A stretch of DNA of 64,000 nucleotides from Candidatus Aenigmatarchaeota archaeon (GCA_963726265.1 CAVSBQ010000002.1:256001-320000); one strand, 5' to 3'; numbered from the stretch's first letter, positions 19,594-28,726 are shown. Program-made: numbers and translations. The notes: generated by a model from the letters alone, not told the origin.

Positions 19594-19899
19594 TCAGGCA
19601 TCATTCGGGGCCGTGCCGCAGACGCTACCAAGAGAATTCCGCAATTCCAATTCCTCGTCTGCCTTTTCAACGGCGCTTCTATAACGCTCTTTCCATGCCG
19701 CCGTACCGATTTTCCTGATTCCGGTTTTTTCGTTGAAATCTCCGGCTTTTCTCAATAACAGTTCAATTTTACCCTCAATTTCAATTGCTTTGCCTTCATC
19801 TTCGAAATCTCCGGTGTTCAGATAAGAAATATATATTCCGAGTTTATTGCAAATTCCTACTTTTTTAAGATAGTCTCTTGCATTCCGTAACAGGCTCAT
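19594..19899 (-). CDS. Hypothetical protein
   Basis: 101-aa ORF with TATA-like TTTAAAA upstream. Confidence 0.55.
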   Translation of the reverse strand: MSLLRNARDYLKKVGICNKLGIYISYLNTGDFEDEGKAIEIEGKIELLLRKAGDFNEKTGIRKIGTAAWKERYRSAVEKADEELELRNSLGSVCGTAPNDA

Positions 19900-19932
19900 G
19901 CTAGATAGAATGGGAAAAAATTTTAAATACGT

Positions 19933-20547
19933 TTACTGTGCCTTGCGCCCGGCAGCAGTTCCGTAGAACTGCCGAGCGGTTATCATGAAAACAATCAGGA
20001 TACTCGCTGCAAAGCTTTCGAACATCAGTAGATTGATATACGTCGGCGGGATTCTCGTGACCGTGCCCCAGAAATAGTCGAGATAGTCGTTCGTGAGGCA
20101 TATGGCCAGCACGAACAGGGCGCCGGTTATTTTAGGCTTTATTTTTGGGATGAGCATCACGCCTTCGACTGCCATGCCGAGATGCAGTATAAAGTCCAGG
20201 CCTCCTACCACCTGGTCGCCGAAAACCGCGTAATTGACCCAGTAAAGCCAGAGCGTCAGCATGGTCCAGAAGCCGTATTTTATGACATACGCCGCCGCGA
20301 GTAGCTTGAACGTCTCGGGAATTCCTTTCCTGAAATAAAGGAGCAGGCACACTATTGAAAACAGCAGCACGGAAAGCGGGGAGTCGATTATGACTATCCA
20401 CAGCGCAGGCGGCGAAGCCATCAGCTGGTTCCAGTAATAGTATATGCCGGTGAAGAAGCCTGCGACATTGGCAGCAACCAGGAACGCGAGCATTCTCCTG
20501 CTGCCTAAAATCCTTTCAGAAAAGCTGGAAATTTTTTGGGGCAACAT
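19933..20547 (-). CDS. DUF1405-like membrane protein
   Basis: N..G...G...Y..QL, IDSP, KYG.WT, H.GM..E, ND..DY. Confidence 0.8.
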   Translation of the reverse strand: MLPQKISSFSERILGSRRMLAFLVAANVAGFFTGIYYYWNQLMASPPALWIVIIDSPLSVLLFSIVCLLLYFRKGIPETFKLLAAAYVIKYGFWTMLTLWLYWVNYAVFGDQVVGGLDFILHLGMAVEGVMLIPKIKPKITGALFVLAICLTNDYLDYFWGTVTRIPPTYINLLMFESFAASILIVFMITARQFYGTAAGRKAQ

Positions 20548-21043
20548 TGGCTATCTCCCTGATGGGCACGCCGCCGACAAGAGAATGCGGCGGGACGCTC
20601 TTGTTAACTAGCGAATAGGCGGCGACCTTGGAGTTGTCGCCTATGCTGACTCCGGGCAGGACGAGCGTGAGCGAGCCTATGAGCACGCCGCTGCCTATCT
20701 TCACGTTCCCTTTTTTGTAATGATCGTTGTGGAACTCGTGCGTCACGATGGTCGTGAACGAGCCTATCGTGCAGTTGTCGCCTATCTCTATGAGCTCGGG
20801 AAAGAATATGTCGAAGTTCGTCCCGTAGATGCGCACGTTCCTGCCTATCTTCATGCCCGTCCTCCTGTAGAGCCGGTTCTTGAATTCGACGTCGGGCAGG
20901 AACTTGCATGCGGTTATGATCATGTAGTTGAACGCGACCCTGAGGGGATGGCGAATCTTCTTCCATTTCCTCAGCGATCTTCCCTCTTCCGGGAATTTGA
21001 AGCAGGTTATCATCCTTTTGAGATGCTGCCTTTCTTCTTCCAT
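20516..21043 (-). CDS. Hexapeptide-repeat acyltransferase
   Basis: GMKIG, FPELIEIGDNCTIG, VKIGSGVLIG, GGVP. Confidence 0.88.
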   Translation of the reverse strand: MEEERQHLKRMITCFKFPEEGRSLRKWKKIRHPLRVAFNYMIITACKFLPDVEFKNRLYRRTGMKIGRNVRIYGTNFDIFFPELIEIGDNCTIGSFTTIVTHEFHNDHYKKGNVKIGSGVLIGSLTLVLPGVSIGDNSKVAAYSLVNKSVPPHSLVGGVPIREIANVAPKNFQLF

Positions 21044-21258
21044 ATTACCCCCTCGAATCTCACCTCAAGGATCCTGTGGTTCGGTATGTGCGTTTCGCGC
21101 TCGTTATCCTTGTAACAGAAATGCGACCTTTTCAGGGACGTGATGGCCGCGCCTGACACCGTCTTCTTGTCGCCGGGCGCCCCGCGATGGACGAAAACGA
21201 CTTCCGCCTCCGCCAGCTTCCCCGTCCATTTCAGCCGGTTGAGCGCCTCGAACGCCAT
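21010..21258 (-). CDS. DUF504/MJ1316 RNA-repair-associated domain protein
   Basis: LNRLKW...HRGAP...IPNHRI...IW. Confidence 0.8.
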   Translation of the reverse strand: MAFEALNRLKWTGKLAEAEVVFVHRGAPGDKKTVSGAAITSLKRSHFCYKDNERETHIPNHRILEVRFEGVIWKKKGSISKG

Positions 21259-21299
21259 CTTAAATGTTGTATGCAGGAGTTAAATGCTTCGCGCCAAAA

Positions 21300-21425
21300 T
21301 CAGAGTTCAAGGTAGATGTCGAGCGAGTCGCTCTTGCCGCAGCGCGGGCATGCATCCGCGTGCTCGAAGACTATGCCGCACTTCGTGCATATCGTCTTCT
21401 CGACCAGTTCCTTCTTGCGGCCCAT
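21300..21425 (-). CDS. 41-aa zinc-ribbon protein (not in ORF track)
   Basis: MGRKKELVEKTICTKCGIVFEHADACPRCGKSDSLDIYLEL, two CxxC pairs. Confidence 0.65.
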   Translation of the reverse strand: MGRKKELVEKTICTKCGIVFEHADACPRCGKSDSLDIYLEL

Positions 21426-21481
21426 GACTTCAACCCGTTAAGAATTGTGCAGAAGCGCTTTAAAAACCTGACAGTCGGGAC

Positions 21482-22186
21482 TCAGAAAACCTTTTTTATT
21501 TTCAGCGTCTCCAGCTCGACTGAAATTATCTTCGCATTGCCCGGGTTGACGCACAGCGTCCTGCCAAGCCTCTGCTTAATGCTGCCCGACACCTGCGGGG
21601 ACTCGTGTATGTGGCCGTGCAGCGTGAGGAGCGGCTGCATGTCCTCGATGAATCTCCTCACCGCCTCGCTGCCCCTGTGCTCGCCGTTGTGGAGCATGTC
21701 CAGCTCCGTCCCGAGAGGCGGCGCGTGGAAGACGAACATTGTCCTGCACATGTCAAGCCTGGCGGACATTGCCCTGAGCTCCCTGTAAATCTCATCCTCC
21801 GTTTTTTCCCAGTCCTTGAGCAGGAACGGCGTCGGGTTTATGTAGGGGTAGCCCGCGATGGCGAAACCATCGAGTCTGCAGGATTTCCTGTGCAGCAGCA
21901 GCGCGCTCTTGAGCTTGTCCGCCTTCCTGAGCATGGGGGAATTCGAGGAGAAGTCGTCGTTGCCCATCATGATGAATACCGGTTTTTTCACCTGCTTCCT
22001 GAACTCGCGCAGTCGCGGCAGCAGGTAGAACTGCAGGAAGAACTTCTGGCCGCTGGGGTTGATGCCCGTCGTGATGTCGCCGCCGAACACGATGAAGTCG
22101 ATGTCCCTCGCTTTCGCCAGCTCGAACATCGTCTCGTATACCTTCACAGTTCCATGGACGTCCGTCACGTAGAGGAATTTGGTCAT
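21482..22186 (-). CDS. Calcineurin-like metallophosphoesterase
   Basis: TDVHG, GGDI, GNDD, HAPP, HGHIHE, NPG. Confidence 0.9.
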   Translation of the reverse strand: MTKFLYVTDVHGTVKVYETMFELAKARDIDFIVFGGDITTGINPSGQKFFLQFYLLPRLREFRKQVKKPVFIMMGNDDFSSNSPMLRKADKLKSALLLHRKSCRLDGFAIAGYPYINPTPFLLKDWEKTEDEIYRELRAMSARLDMCRTMFVFHAPPLGTELDMLHNGEHRGSEAVRRFIEDMQPLLTLHGHIHESPQVSGSIKQRLGRTLCVNPGNAKIISVELETLKIKKVF

Positions 22187-22212
22187 AGAATCATCACTTG
22201 ATTTAATCTTAG

Positions 22213-22322
22213 TGGACTCGTCGGGAGTTTCAAACGGACGCAGATGAAATCTGCGTCTTGCGCCTTTGAACCCGAGGCCTCTCGGATGCGAGCCGAGCGC
22301 TCTACCACTGAGCTACGAGCCC
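22213..22322 (-). tRNA. tRNA-Ala(CGC) with a 38-nt T-loop intron (22227-22264)
   Basis: GGGCTCG/CGAGTCC acceptor with G3:U70, CTCGG-CTCGCAT-CCGAG anticodon arm; removing the BHB-bounded insert restores TCGGG-TTCAAAT-CCCGA. Confidence 0.92.
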
Positions 22323-22365
22323 GTGTCGAACATTATCTTATTATTCAGTATATATAACTTAAAAT

Positions 22366-22731
22366 ATGCCCATATTCGTCGTCCACGAGCATCATGCGAA
22401 ACACCTGCACTGGGACCTGCGCTTAGAGATGAACGGCGTGCTGAAATCTTTCGCCGTTCCGAAGGAGCCGCCACTCGAGACGGGAGTCAAGCGCCTCGCC
22501 ATCCAGGTCGAGGACCACGACCTCGAATACGGCAAGTTCGAAGGCAGGATTGCGGAAGGGTATGGCGCGGGCGAAGTGAAAATCTGGGACACCGGGCCTC
22601 TGGAGATAATAAGCAGGAAGCCGGAGAAAATCGTTTTCAAGGCTGGCGGCAAAAAGATGCGCGGCGAATACGTGCTGCTGAAGTTCAGGAAGGCCGGCGA
22701 AAAGGAATGGCTGCTTTTCAAGAAAGGCTGA
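22366..22731 (+). CDS. Stand-alone LigD-type DNA 3'-phosphoesterase
   Basis: FVVHEHHAKHLHWDLRLE..GVLKSFAVPK, RLAIQVEDH, YGAGEVKIWD. Confidence 0.92.
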   Translation: MPIFVVHEHHAKHLHWDLRLEMNGVLKSFAVPKEPPLETGVKRLAIQVEDHDLEYGKFEGRIAEGYGAGEVKIWDTGPLEIISRKPEKIVFKAGGKKMRGEYVLLKFRKAGEKEWLLFKKG

Positions 22732-22779
22732 TTCTCCCCAGCCAACCCTATTTTAATCACCTCTGTAAAATATTTTCTT

Positions 22780-23316
22780 ATGATTGACCTTTACACGTTC
22801 GTCGAGGCCGTCTGGCTCATCTGGCCGGCGTACGGGGCGAATGGCCTATGCATGCTCGCGCGTGGGAAGCGGGCCATCGACGGCGGCCGCATGTGGCGGG
22901 GCAAACAGATTTTCGGGCCTGGAAAGACGTGGGAAGGCCTCGTTCTCGGCGTGGTTGTCGCGACGCTGGTCGCGACGTTCCAGATGCTCGTCGCGCCGTT
23001 TCTGCCGTGGAATCTTTCGCCCGTCCCGCTTGATATTGTTATCATGACGCCTCTGCTCGGCTTCCTGATGGGCCTAGGCGCGATGCTCGGGGACATAGGA
23101 GGCTCGTTCATCAAAAGGCGGTTTGGCATCGCGAGAGGGAAGCCCGCCCCTCTTCTGGACCAGCTCGACTTCATAATTGGAATGCTGGTTTTCGCTAGCC
23201 TTGTGGTCGCGTTCAAATGGGAATGGGCGGTGATAATGCTGGTGATGACACCGATAATCCATCTGACAGCGAACTTCGTGGCGTATCTGCTCAAGCTCAA
23301 GAACGTGCCTTACTAA
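22780..23316 (+). CDS. carS: CDP-archaeol synthase
   Basis: PAY.AN, IDGG, FGPGKTWEG, GD..GSFIKRR, LDQLDF. Confidence 0.9.
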   Translation: MIDLYTFVEAVWLIWPAYGANGLCMLARGKRAIDGGRMWRGKQIFGPGKTWEGLVLGVVVATLVATFQMLVAPFLPWNLSPVPLDIVIMTPLLGFLMGLGAMLGDIGGSFIKRRFGIARGKPAPLLDQLDFIIGMLVFASLVVAFKWEWAVIMLVMTPIIHLTANFVAYLLKLKNVPY

Positions 23317-23339
23317 TCTTGTAAAATTTTTCAGATTTT

Positions 23340-23849
23340 TTATAACTTTATGTAAAAGCGGCCCAAACAATTTGGAGGAAGAGCTTTATCTCTATGAACA
23401 TAACCTATTTCTGAACCGTTAATAGAAGGCCCCTCTATCCACAAATCATCTCCATAAATAGATTTGCCATCAAAACTTCTATCGATATGAAGTGATTTGC
23501 ATAATTCAATGGGACCCAAGTCATCTCCTTTCTTAGATTCTCCTATTATATGAAGTCTGCGTATGAACACGCAGGATGGTTCACCCTCTTTATCAGTTGA
23601 TATGTTTAGAAAAACTCCGCCGCGATAAGGCATTATATAAATTTTACCCGGAGGATAAAGGAGTCCTTCCTTGTTCTTGGTTCCTTTTCCAATTCCATGA
23701 TAAGGCCATGTTTCGGTGATTATTCCACTCAAAACATTATCTTCGTATAGATTCCTGACCAGAATTCTTCCCATAATATCTCTGGCAACGTCCTTTGAAT
23801 TTCGTGCAAAAAACTCCTCATTTAGTTTTTCCATAATATCAGTCTCCAA
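23340..23849 (-). CDS. 3-methyladenine DNA glycosylase (AAG/MPG)-like protein with substituted catalytic residue
   Basis: FFARNSKDVARDIMGRILV, GIITETWPY, PGKIY, LNIS, SCVFIR, GPIELCKSL, DLWIE. Confidence 0.8.
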   Translation of the reverse strand: METDIMEKLNEEFFARNSKDVARDIMGRILVRNLYEDNVLSGIITETWPYHGIGKGTKNKEGLLYPPGKIYIMPYRGGVFLNISTDKEGEPSCVFIRRLHIIGESKKGDDLGPIELCKSLHIDRSFDGKSIYGDDLWIEGPSINGSEIGYVHRDKALPPNCLGRFYIKL

Positions 23850-26406
23850 TTTTCTTTACCATGATGCAATGGCTAGTATCTTTACGTCGGGTCTTAATTG
23901 TCGCCCTTTTCCATCCCAATTCATTTAATTTATACTCCGGTATTTCACCGATACCTCTATAACGTTCCAACAAAGCCAATACCTCCTGACCATTCTGAGC
24001 CATTTTAATTTTGTCAAAAATGTTTTTATTCACATAATCGGTCGTTCTTGCCGTCAATTCTTCATCCAAGCCGGTTTTCGGGTCATAAAAAGCGAATTTT
24101 TTGCACACCTCTCCATTATCTTCCGCTTCCTGTGCAAATCTTATATCTCTTTTTGTTCTTCTTGGTGTTATGACATGAATATCCTTCCTGAATGCAAACT
24201 GATCTTCATCTAGTTTCTCGGAAGTCGGATACCCAATTTTTTTGCCAACGGCCATATGGACTCTAAAATCGCTTCCTATCGGTTCTATTGCCTTGACGAA
24301 TCCTGATAATTCAGGAATCACCTCAAAGCCTAGCATGCCCAAACCTTCATATAATTTTTTCTGAATTTCTGGATCAATCAAACTTTCAGGGAGTGCCAGA
24401 ATGTAGTATCCATTCTTTTTCAAAATCCTGTTGGCTTCCCTCACAGCCCCCGTTCTCTCCTCACCAAGAGATAAATAATAAAGGCCCAGCGAACATAACG
24501 CAAGATCGAATTTTTCGCCAATTAACGGAAGTTGATGAATAGAAGCCGCGATACTTGCGCCTTTTTGTTTAGAAAACTCTCTCCCTTTTCTCAACTGGTG
24601 TTCATTTATATCCAAACTTGTTATTGGAGCACCTAAAACATGAGATAAGATGGCTGGTCCCGAAGCCAAGTCTACCTTTTCGATCAAATTCTCGCCGCTT
24701 TGCACGAGTCCTTCAATTATTTTTTTATAAACAGCTGCGGTTTTTCCTGAATATGAACTCTCCCATCCGATGAGGTAATTATCTGCTATCTCCGTTCCCA
24801 ATTCGCATCCATCGAGTTTGAGATGTTCCAGATACTGCCTCGCTCCTATTCCATAAAGGTTTGCGTTGTGCAGGCTGATTTTCTGCTGTGGGCTCAGCCT
24901 TCCTGCCTCCTTGGGCGACATTCTTTTTATTATCGATTTTTGCAAATGGGGTGGTTTTGCAGTCATCTGTTTTTCATCCGAAGTCAGTCTCCTTGTCCCG
25001 CCATCCATGACATAGGTTATGATATCTTTTTTGTCCTCTCTCTGCTCCCTTATACCCTCATCAATCGAACCGTATGGATTTAACAAATACTTGCCAACCA
25101 GGCTGAATATCTCAACAGGGTGTATCTGGCCCGGTCTCCACAACCTTTTATTGGCCTGTTCATACTCAGCGTCGGTGAAAGGCTCATCCAGATGAATACC
25201 GTTTTGTGCAGCTGTCAAATCGGTTCCCAAGCTCATGGCCTGAACCATGCCGATGCAGACCCTCTTTTTGGGATTAGTCTGGAACTCTATTCTTCCTTTT
25301 TCCCTATCGCTCCATGGCTCACTCTCTTTCCTGTGCAAACTCACGGTTCCGTCTAACCTGACCACACCGGCATCCTTGTATCTATCCTCCAACACTTCTG
25401 TAACGCCGTCCCTGAAATGGGAGCTGAATATGACAACCTTTTCGCCTTTGCTCAGCTCCCTTTCGACTATTTTGTCCAAGGCATCGTATTTTGCCGAGGG
25501 AACAGTTTCTAAAATTTTTCTGAGGCCTTCATCATTTATGCAAGCGGGGTCTACCAAAGCTGGATTTATAAGAGCCTTCTCTAACTCCATAAGCTTTCTG
25601 AACGCATTAAGGTCTTTGCGTTGATATATTTCCGTATAAATTCTTTCTTGATCAGCATTGAGAACCACCGGTATTATGTGATGCGTGATGGGCGGCAAAT
25701 TGATAACATCCTCTGTTTCCCTTCTCAGCATTTTTCCGCCAGGCCCGCTCAGCATCCAGCAAAGAACTGTTGGGTCCTTTCCATAAGCTTTGTCAACATC
25801 CTCGGCTGTCGGGAATTTGTCCGGATAGAGCATGCTCACCAAGGTAAATGCATCATCTATCGTATTGGGTATAGGAGTTCCAGAAAGCAGCGCTAAATAT
25901 CTAACGTTATCGGCAAGTTCTTTTATCGCTTTGGTGCGGGAAGCGAGGGGATTCCTGGAGATGTGGATTTCGTCCCCTATCAAAAAATCGAATCCTATTT
26001 CCTTTAATCTTGACACGGTATCTCTGTTGGTCTGTATTTTTTCGCCATGGAGGTCATAGAGGAGCTCATAGTTTATCAGAGTGAAATCGGAATCCTTCGC
26101 CCTTTTCAAGTCTTTCTCGATGGTATCAGCATATACCGGCACTATTTTTTGCGGCGTTTTGAAATATTTTGCCAGCTCTCTTTGCCAGTGTTCCTTTAGA
26201 AATGCCGGAGAAACTACCAAAGCCCTTATTTTATTGCCGGTTTTGCTTTCAAATGCGTCTTTCGCAAGCCCTGCAACCGCTGTCTTGTAAAGGCCCATAT
26301 CATAAGCCAATAGCGCTCTTTCATTGTCTGTAATGAACTTTACCCCCTCTACCGTGGAGATGTGAGGGAAATCCACGTATTTCGATATCAAATTATATTT
26401 TCCCAT
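23839..26406 (-). CDS. SNF2-family ATPase fused to a class I SAM-dependent methyltransferase domain
   Basis: LLAYDMGLYKT, DEIH, LSGTP, KVVIFS, RLDG, QANKRLWRPGQ; C-terminal DLASGP...LDIN...FDLALCS...REANRILKKNG. Confidence 0.88.
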   Translation of the reverse strand: MGKYNLISKYVDFPHISTVEGVKFITDNERALLAYDMGLYKTAVAGLAKDAFESKTGNKIRALVVSPAFLKEHWQRELAKYFKTPQKIVPVYADTIEKDLKRAKDSDFTLINYELLYDLHGEKIQTNRDTVSRLKEIGFDFLIGDEIHISRNPLASRTKAIKELADNVRYLALLSGTPIPNTIDDAFTLVSMLYPDKFPTAEDVDKAYGKDPTVLCWMLSGPGGKMLRRETEDVINLPPITHHIIPVVLNADQERIYTEIYQRKDLNAFRKLMELEKALINPALVDPACINDEGLRKILETVPSAKYDALDKIVERELSKGEKVVIFSSHFRDGVTEVLEDRYKDAGVVRLDGTVSLHRKESEPWSDREKGRIEFQTNPKKRVCIGMVQAMSLGTDLTAAQNGIHLDEPFTDAEYEQANKRLWRPGQIHPVEIFSLVGKYLLNPYGSIDEGIREQREDKKDIITYVMDGGTRRLTSDEKQMTAKPPHLQKSIIKRMSPKEAGRLSPQQKISLHNANLYGIGARQYLEHLKLDGCELGTEIADNYLIGWESSYSGKTAAVYKKIIEGLVQSGENLIEKVDLASGPAILSHVLGAPITSLDINEHQLRKGREFSKQKGASIAASIHQLPLIGEKFDLALCSLGLYYLSLGEERTGAVREANRILKKNGYYILALPESLIDPEIQKKLYEGLGMLGFEVIPELSGFVKAIEPIGSDFRVHMAVGKKIGYPTSEKLDEDQFAFRKDIHVITPRRTKRDIRFAQEAEDNGEVCKKFAFYDPKTGLDEELTARTTDYVNKNIFDKIKMAQNGQEVLALLERYRGIGEIPEYKLNELGWKRATIKTRRKDTSHCIMVKKIGD

Positions 26407-27889
26407 AGTTTTTCCCGCCTTTATATTCAGGATTCGGAATTCGTGAATTCGCGTTTCTGATCAAATCATAATTTTGTATGTCGTTTAAGTTGTCGTATAA
26501 TTTGCACCACAATCTTTTGACGAACTCGTTTTGTTCGCTGTCTGCCTTTTGCTTTATCTCCGATACGGTTCTTTCCGGATTATCGTAAAAATTCCTTCTG
26601 ACCTGTTTTTCAAGAAGTTTATAGAATTCATGTTCTAGGCGAGGGTCCTGATCAAGGAATTCTGGCGGTATCCGCCTAATATAATCTTCTGCCGGGAGAT
26701 TGGACCTGCCCACCGTTATATCGCCAAGGTATGGCCCCAAGGACCAAACGGAGAATTTGACAGAACCCGGTATCATCCTCGACACTATATGGTTGAAAAC
26801 GTATTCCTTGCTTTCATGGCCGTTTTCTCCGAAAGAAGAAAGGATGGCGCTAATGGTTTCTCTCAGTCTTTCATCACTTTTGATATAATCTGTGAAATCT
26901 TGTGAAGATTCAAATTTTCTGAAAGATCTCTTATATCTTGGATGCAGAACATCCTTTCTTTGAGCAAGTTCTTCTTCTGATAAACCCTGTTCTTTGAGAG
27001 AAGTATATTTTTGAATTGCCCGCTTCATGATATTTTTTACAGTTGCACCACTCAAACCGGCATATCTGGCAATTTTTTCGAAGTTATCGGTTGTTGTATA
27101 TAGTTTTTCCAGAACAATATCAACTTGTTCTTGAAGAATACCTCCTCCTAGCCTTCGATATTTTGGATTTAGTTTTCCTTCTTCTATTAATTGTTCCATA
27201 ATTCTTCGCACAGCATTAAAATCTAGACCGATATCCTTACTAATTTTTTTGATGTTATCATGTGTAGTCGATAATTTTTCAAAAATAATGTCAACCTGTC
27301 TTTTAACAATACGTCCTACTCTTAGGTATTGTGAGTCTAGTTTTCCTTCTTCTATCAATTTTTGCATAATTTTTCGAACAGTTGTATCATCTAGACTAAT
27401 ATCTTTGCTAATTTTTACTAGGCTATCGTTAGTTGTGGAGAGTTTTTCTAGGATAATGTCAACTTGTTCTTGAACAATACTATTTGGTAATCTTAAATAT
27501 TTTGGATGTAATACGTCATTTCTTTTTAGCAGTTCTCCATCGGAAAGACCTTGCTCTTTTAGTAAAAGATATTTTTGTATTGCGTTGTTCATAATTTTCT
27601 TTACAAGTTCATCAGATCTTTCAATATCTTTGCCGATTTTTTTTAAACTATCATGGGTTGTCGAAAGTTTTTCTAAAAGAACACCAACTTCTTCTGATGT
27701 AATATATCTTCGGTGTCTTCGATATTTTGGATCTAATTTTCCTTCTTTTATTGACTGCTCCATTATTTTTTTTAGATAATAGTGATTGTATAATGCAACC
27801 TCTCTGCCAATTTTTGCTAGGCTATCGTTAGTTGTGGAGAGTTTTTCTATCACTTTTTCTTCTATTTTTTTTGATATTCTTTTTGGCAT
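26393..27889 (-). CDS. Tandem HTH-repeat protein (five repeats plus unique C-terminal domain)
   Basis: Five copies of EKL(S/Y)TTxD..KI....(L/V)..IM...(P/S)xYxR; HTH-like spacing, e.g. EKIARYAGLSGATVKNIM. Confidence 0.8.
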   Translation of the reverse strand: MPKRISKKIEEKVIEKLSTTNDSLAKIGREVALYNHYYLKKIMEQSIKEGKLDPKYRRHRRYITSEEVGVLLEKLSTTHDSLKKIGKDIERSDELVKKIMNNAIQKYLLLKEQGLSDGELLKRNDVLHPKYLRLPNSIVQEQVDIILEKLSTTNDSLVKISKDISLDDTTVRKIMQKLIEEGKLDSQYLRVGRIVKRQVDIIFEKLSTTHDNIKKISKDIGLDFNAVRRIMEQLIEEGKLNPKYRRLGGGILQEQVDIVLEKLYTTTDNFEKIARYAGLSGATVKNIMKRAIQKYTSLKEQGLSEEELAQRKDVLHPRYKRSFRKFESSQDFTDYIKSDERLRETISAILSSFGENGHESKEYVFNHIVSRMIPGSVKFSVWSLGPYLGDITVGRSNLPAEDYIRRIPPEFLDQDPRLEHEFYKLLEKQVRRNFYDNPERTVSEIKQKADSEQNEFVKRLWCKLYDNLNDIQNYDLIRNANSRIPNPEYKGGKNYGKI

Positions 27890-28075
27890 TTGTTCACCAA
27901 ATTAACTACTATTTAATGATTATTAGAAAGGTTTATAAATCACTAGAATCCGGCAATTTGGACTATTTAGAGTTTCGTATCAAGGTTATCGCTCCATGTC
28001 GAATTAACCTGCATACAATCTGGGGAATCTGGGAAAATCTTTTTTATGCAACTCCACCTATTAGTATTGTTCTAT

Positions 28076-28678
28076 ATGCATGGCAAGTTCATCGTCTTCG
28101 AGGGGATTGACAAGTCGGGCAAGGCTACGCAGGCGAAGCTGCTGTGCGAACACCTACACGCGAAAGGCGCGCACGTGGTTTACACGGCAGAGCCGAGCCC
28201 GAACAACCCGGCCGGAAGGCTGATAAAGGACTGGCTGGCCGGCAGGTTAGAAATGACGAGCGGCGAGGCGATAACGCTGCTCTACACGGCCGATCGCTTC
28301 GAACATCTGAAGAGGGTGATACTGCCCAACATCGCGGAGGGCAGGAATGTCGTGTGCGACCGCTACTTCTACTCGACCATTGCATACGAATCGGCGATTT
28401 TCAACATTGATGCGGCATGGATAAAGAAGCTGCACGAGAACGTGCGCAAGCCTGATCTCGTGATTTACATCGACATAGCGCCCGATGTCTCGCTGGCGCG
28501 AAAGCGCAGTCGACCAGACGACCGCCTCGAGAAGGTCGAGCTGCTGCGCAAGGTGAGGGATGCATATCACAGGATGGCGAAGGACGAGGGCTTCTTTGTC
28601 GTGGACGGCGACCGGACGAAGGACGAGGTGTTTGCAGACGTGAAGAAAATCTGCGAGAGGTTTCTGGAAATCAGATAA
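28076..28678 (+). CDS. tmk: Thymidylate kinase
   Basis: FIVFEGIDKSGK, ADR, CDRYFYS, PDL. Confidence 0.93.
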   Translation: MHGKFIVFEGIDKSGKATQAKLLCEHLHAKGAHVVYTAEPSPNNPAGRLIKDWLAGRLEMTSGEAITLLYTADRFEHLKRVILPNIAEGRNVVCDRYFYSTIAYESAIFNIDAAWIKKLHENVRKPDLVIYIDIAPDVSLARKRSRPDDRLEKVELLRKVRDAYHRMAKDEGFFVVDGDRTKDEVFADVKKICERFLEIR

Positions 28679-28726
28679 CAATGACAACAATGAAGAGATT
28701 TATAAAACCAAAAATGATATTAATAT

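Noticed and set aside
21300..21425. Ribosomal protein L40e assignment for the small zinc ribbon
   Set aside because: Lacks the basic CRKC...LR.K pattern; the C-terminus is acidic.
26900..27889. CRISPR-like repeat array
   Set aside because: The repeats are in-frame degenerate coding repeats; no repeat-spacer array or cas gene was seen anywhere in the window.
23317..28045. Integrated mobile element at tRNA-Ala
   Set aside because: No integrase or transposase and no att duplication seen; two ordinary genes separate the block from the tRNA, and it lies on the tRNA 5' side.
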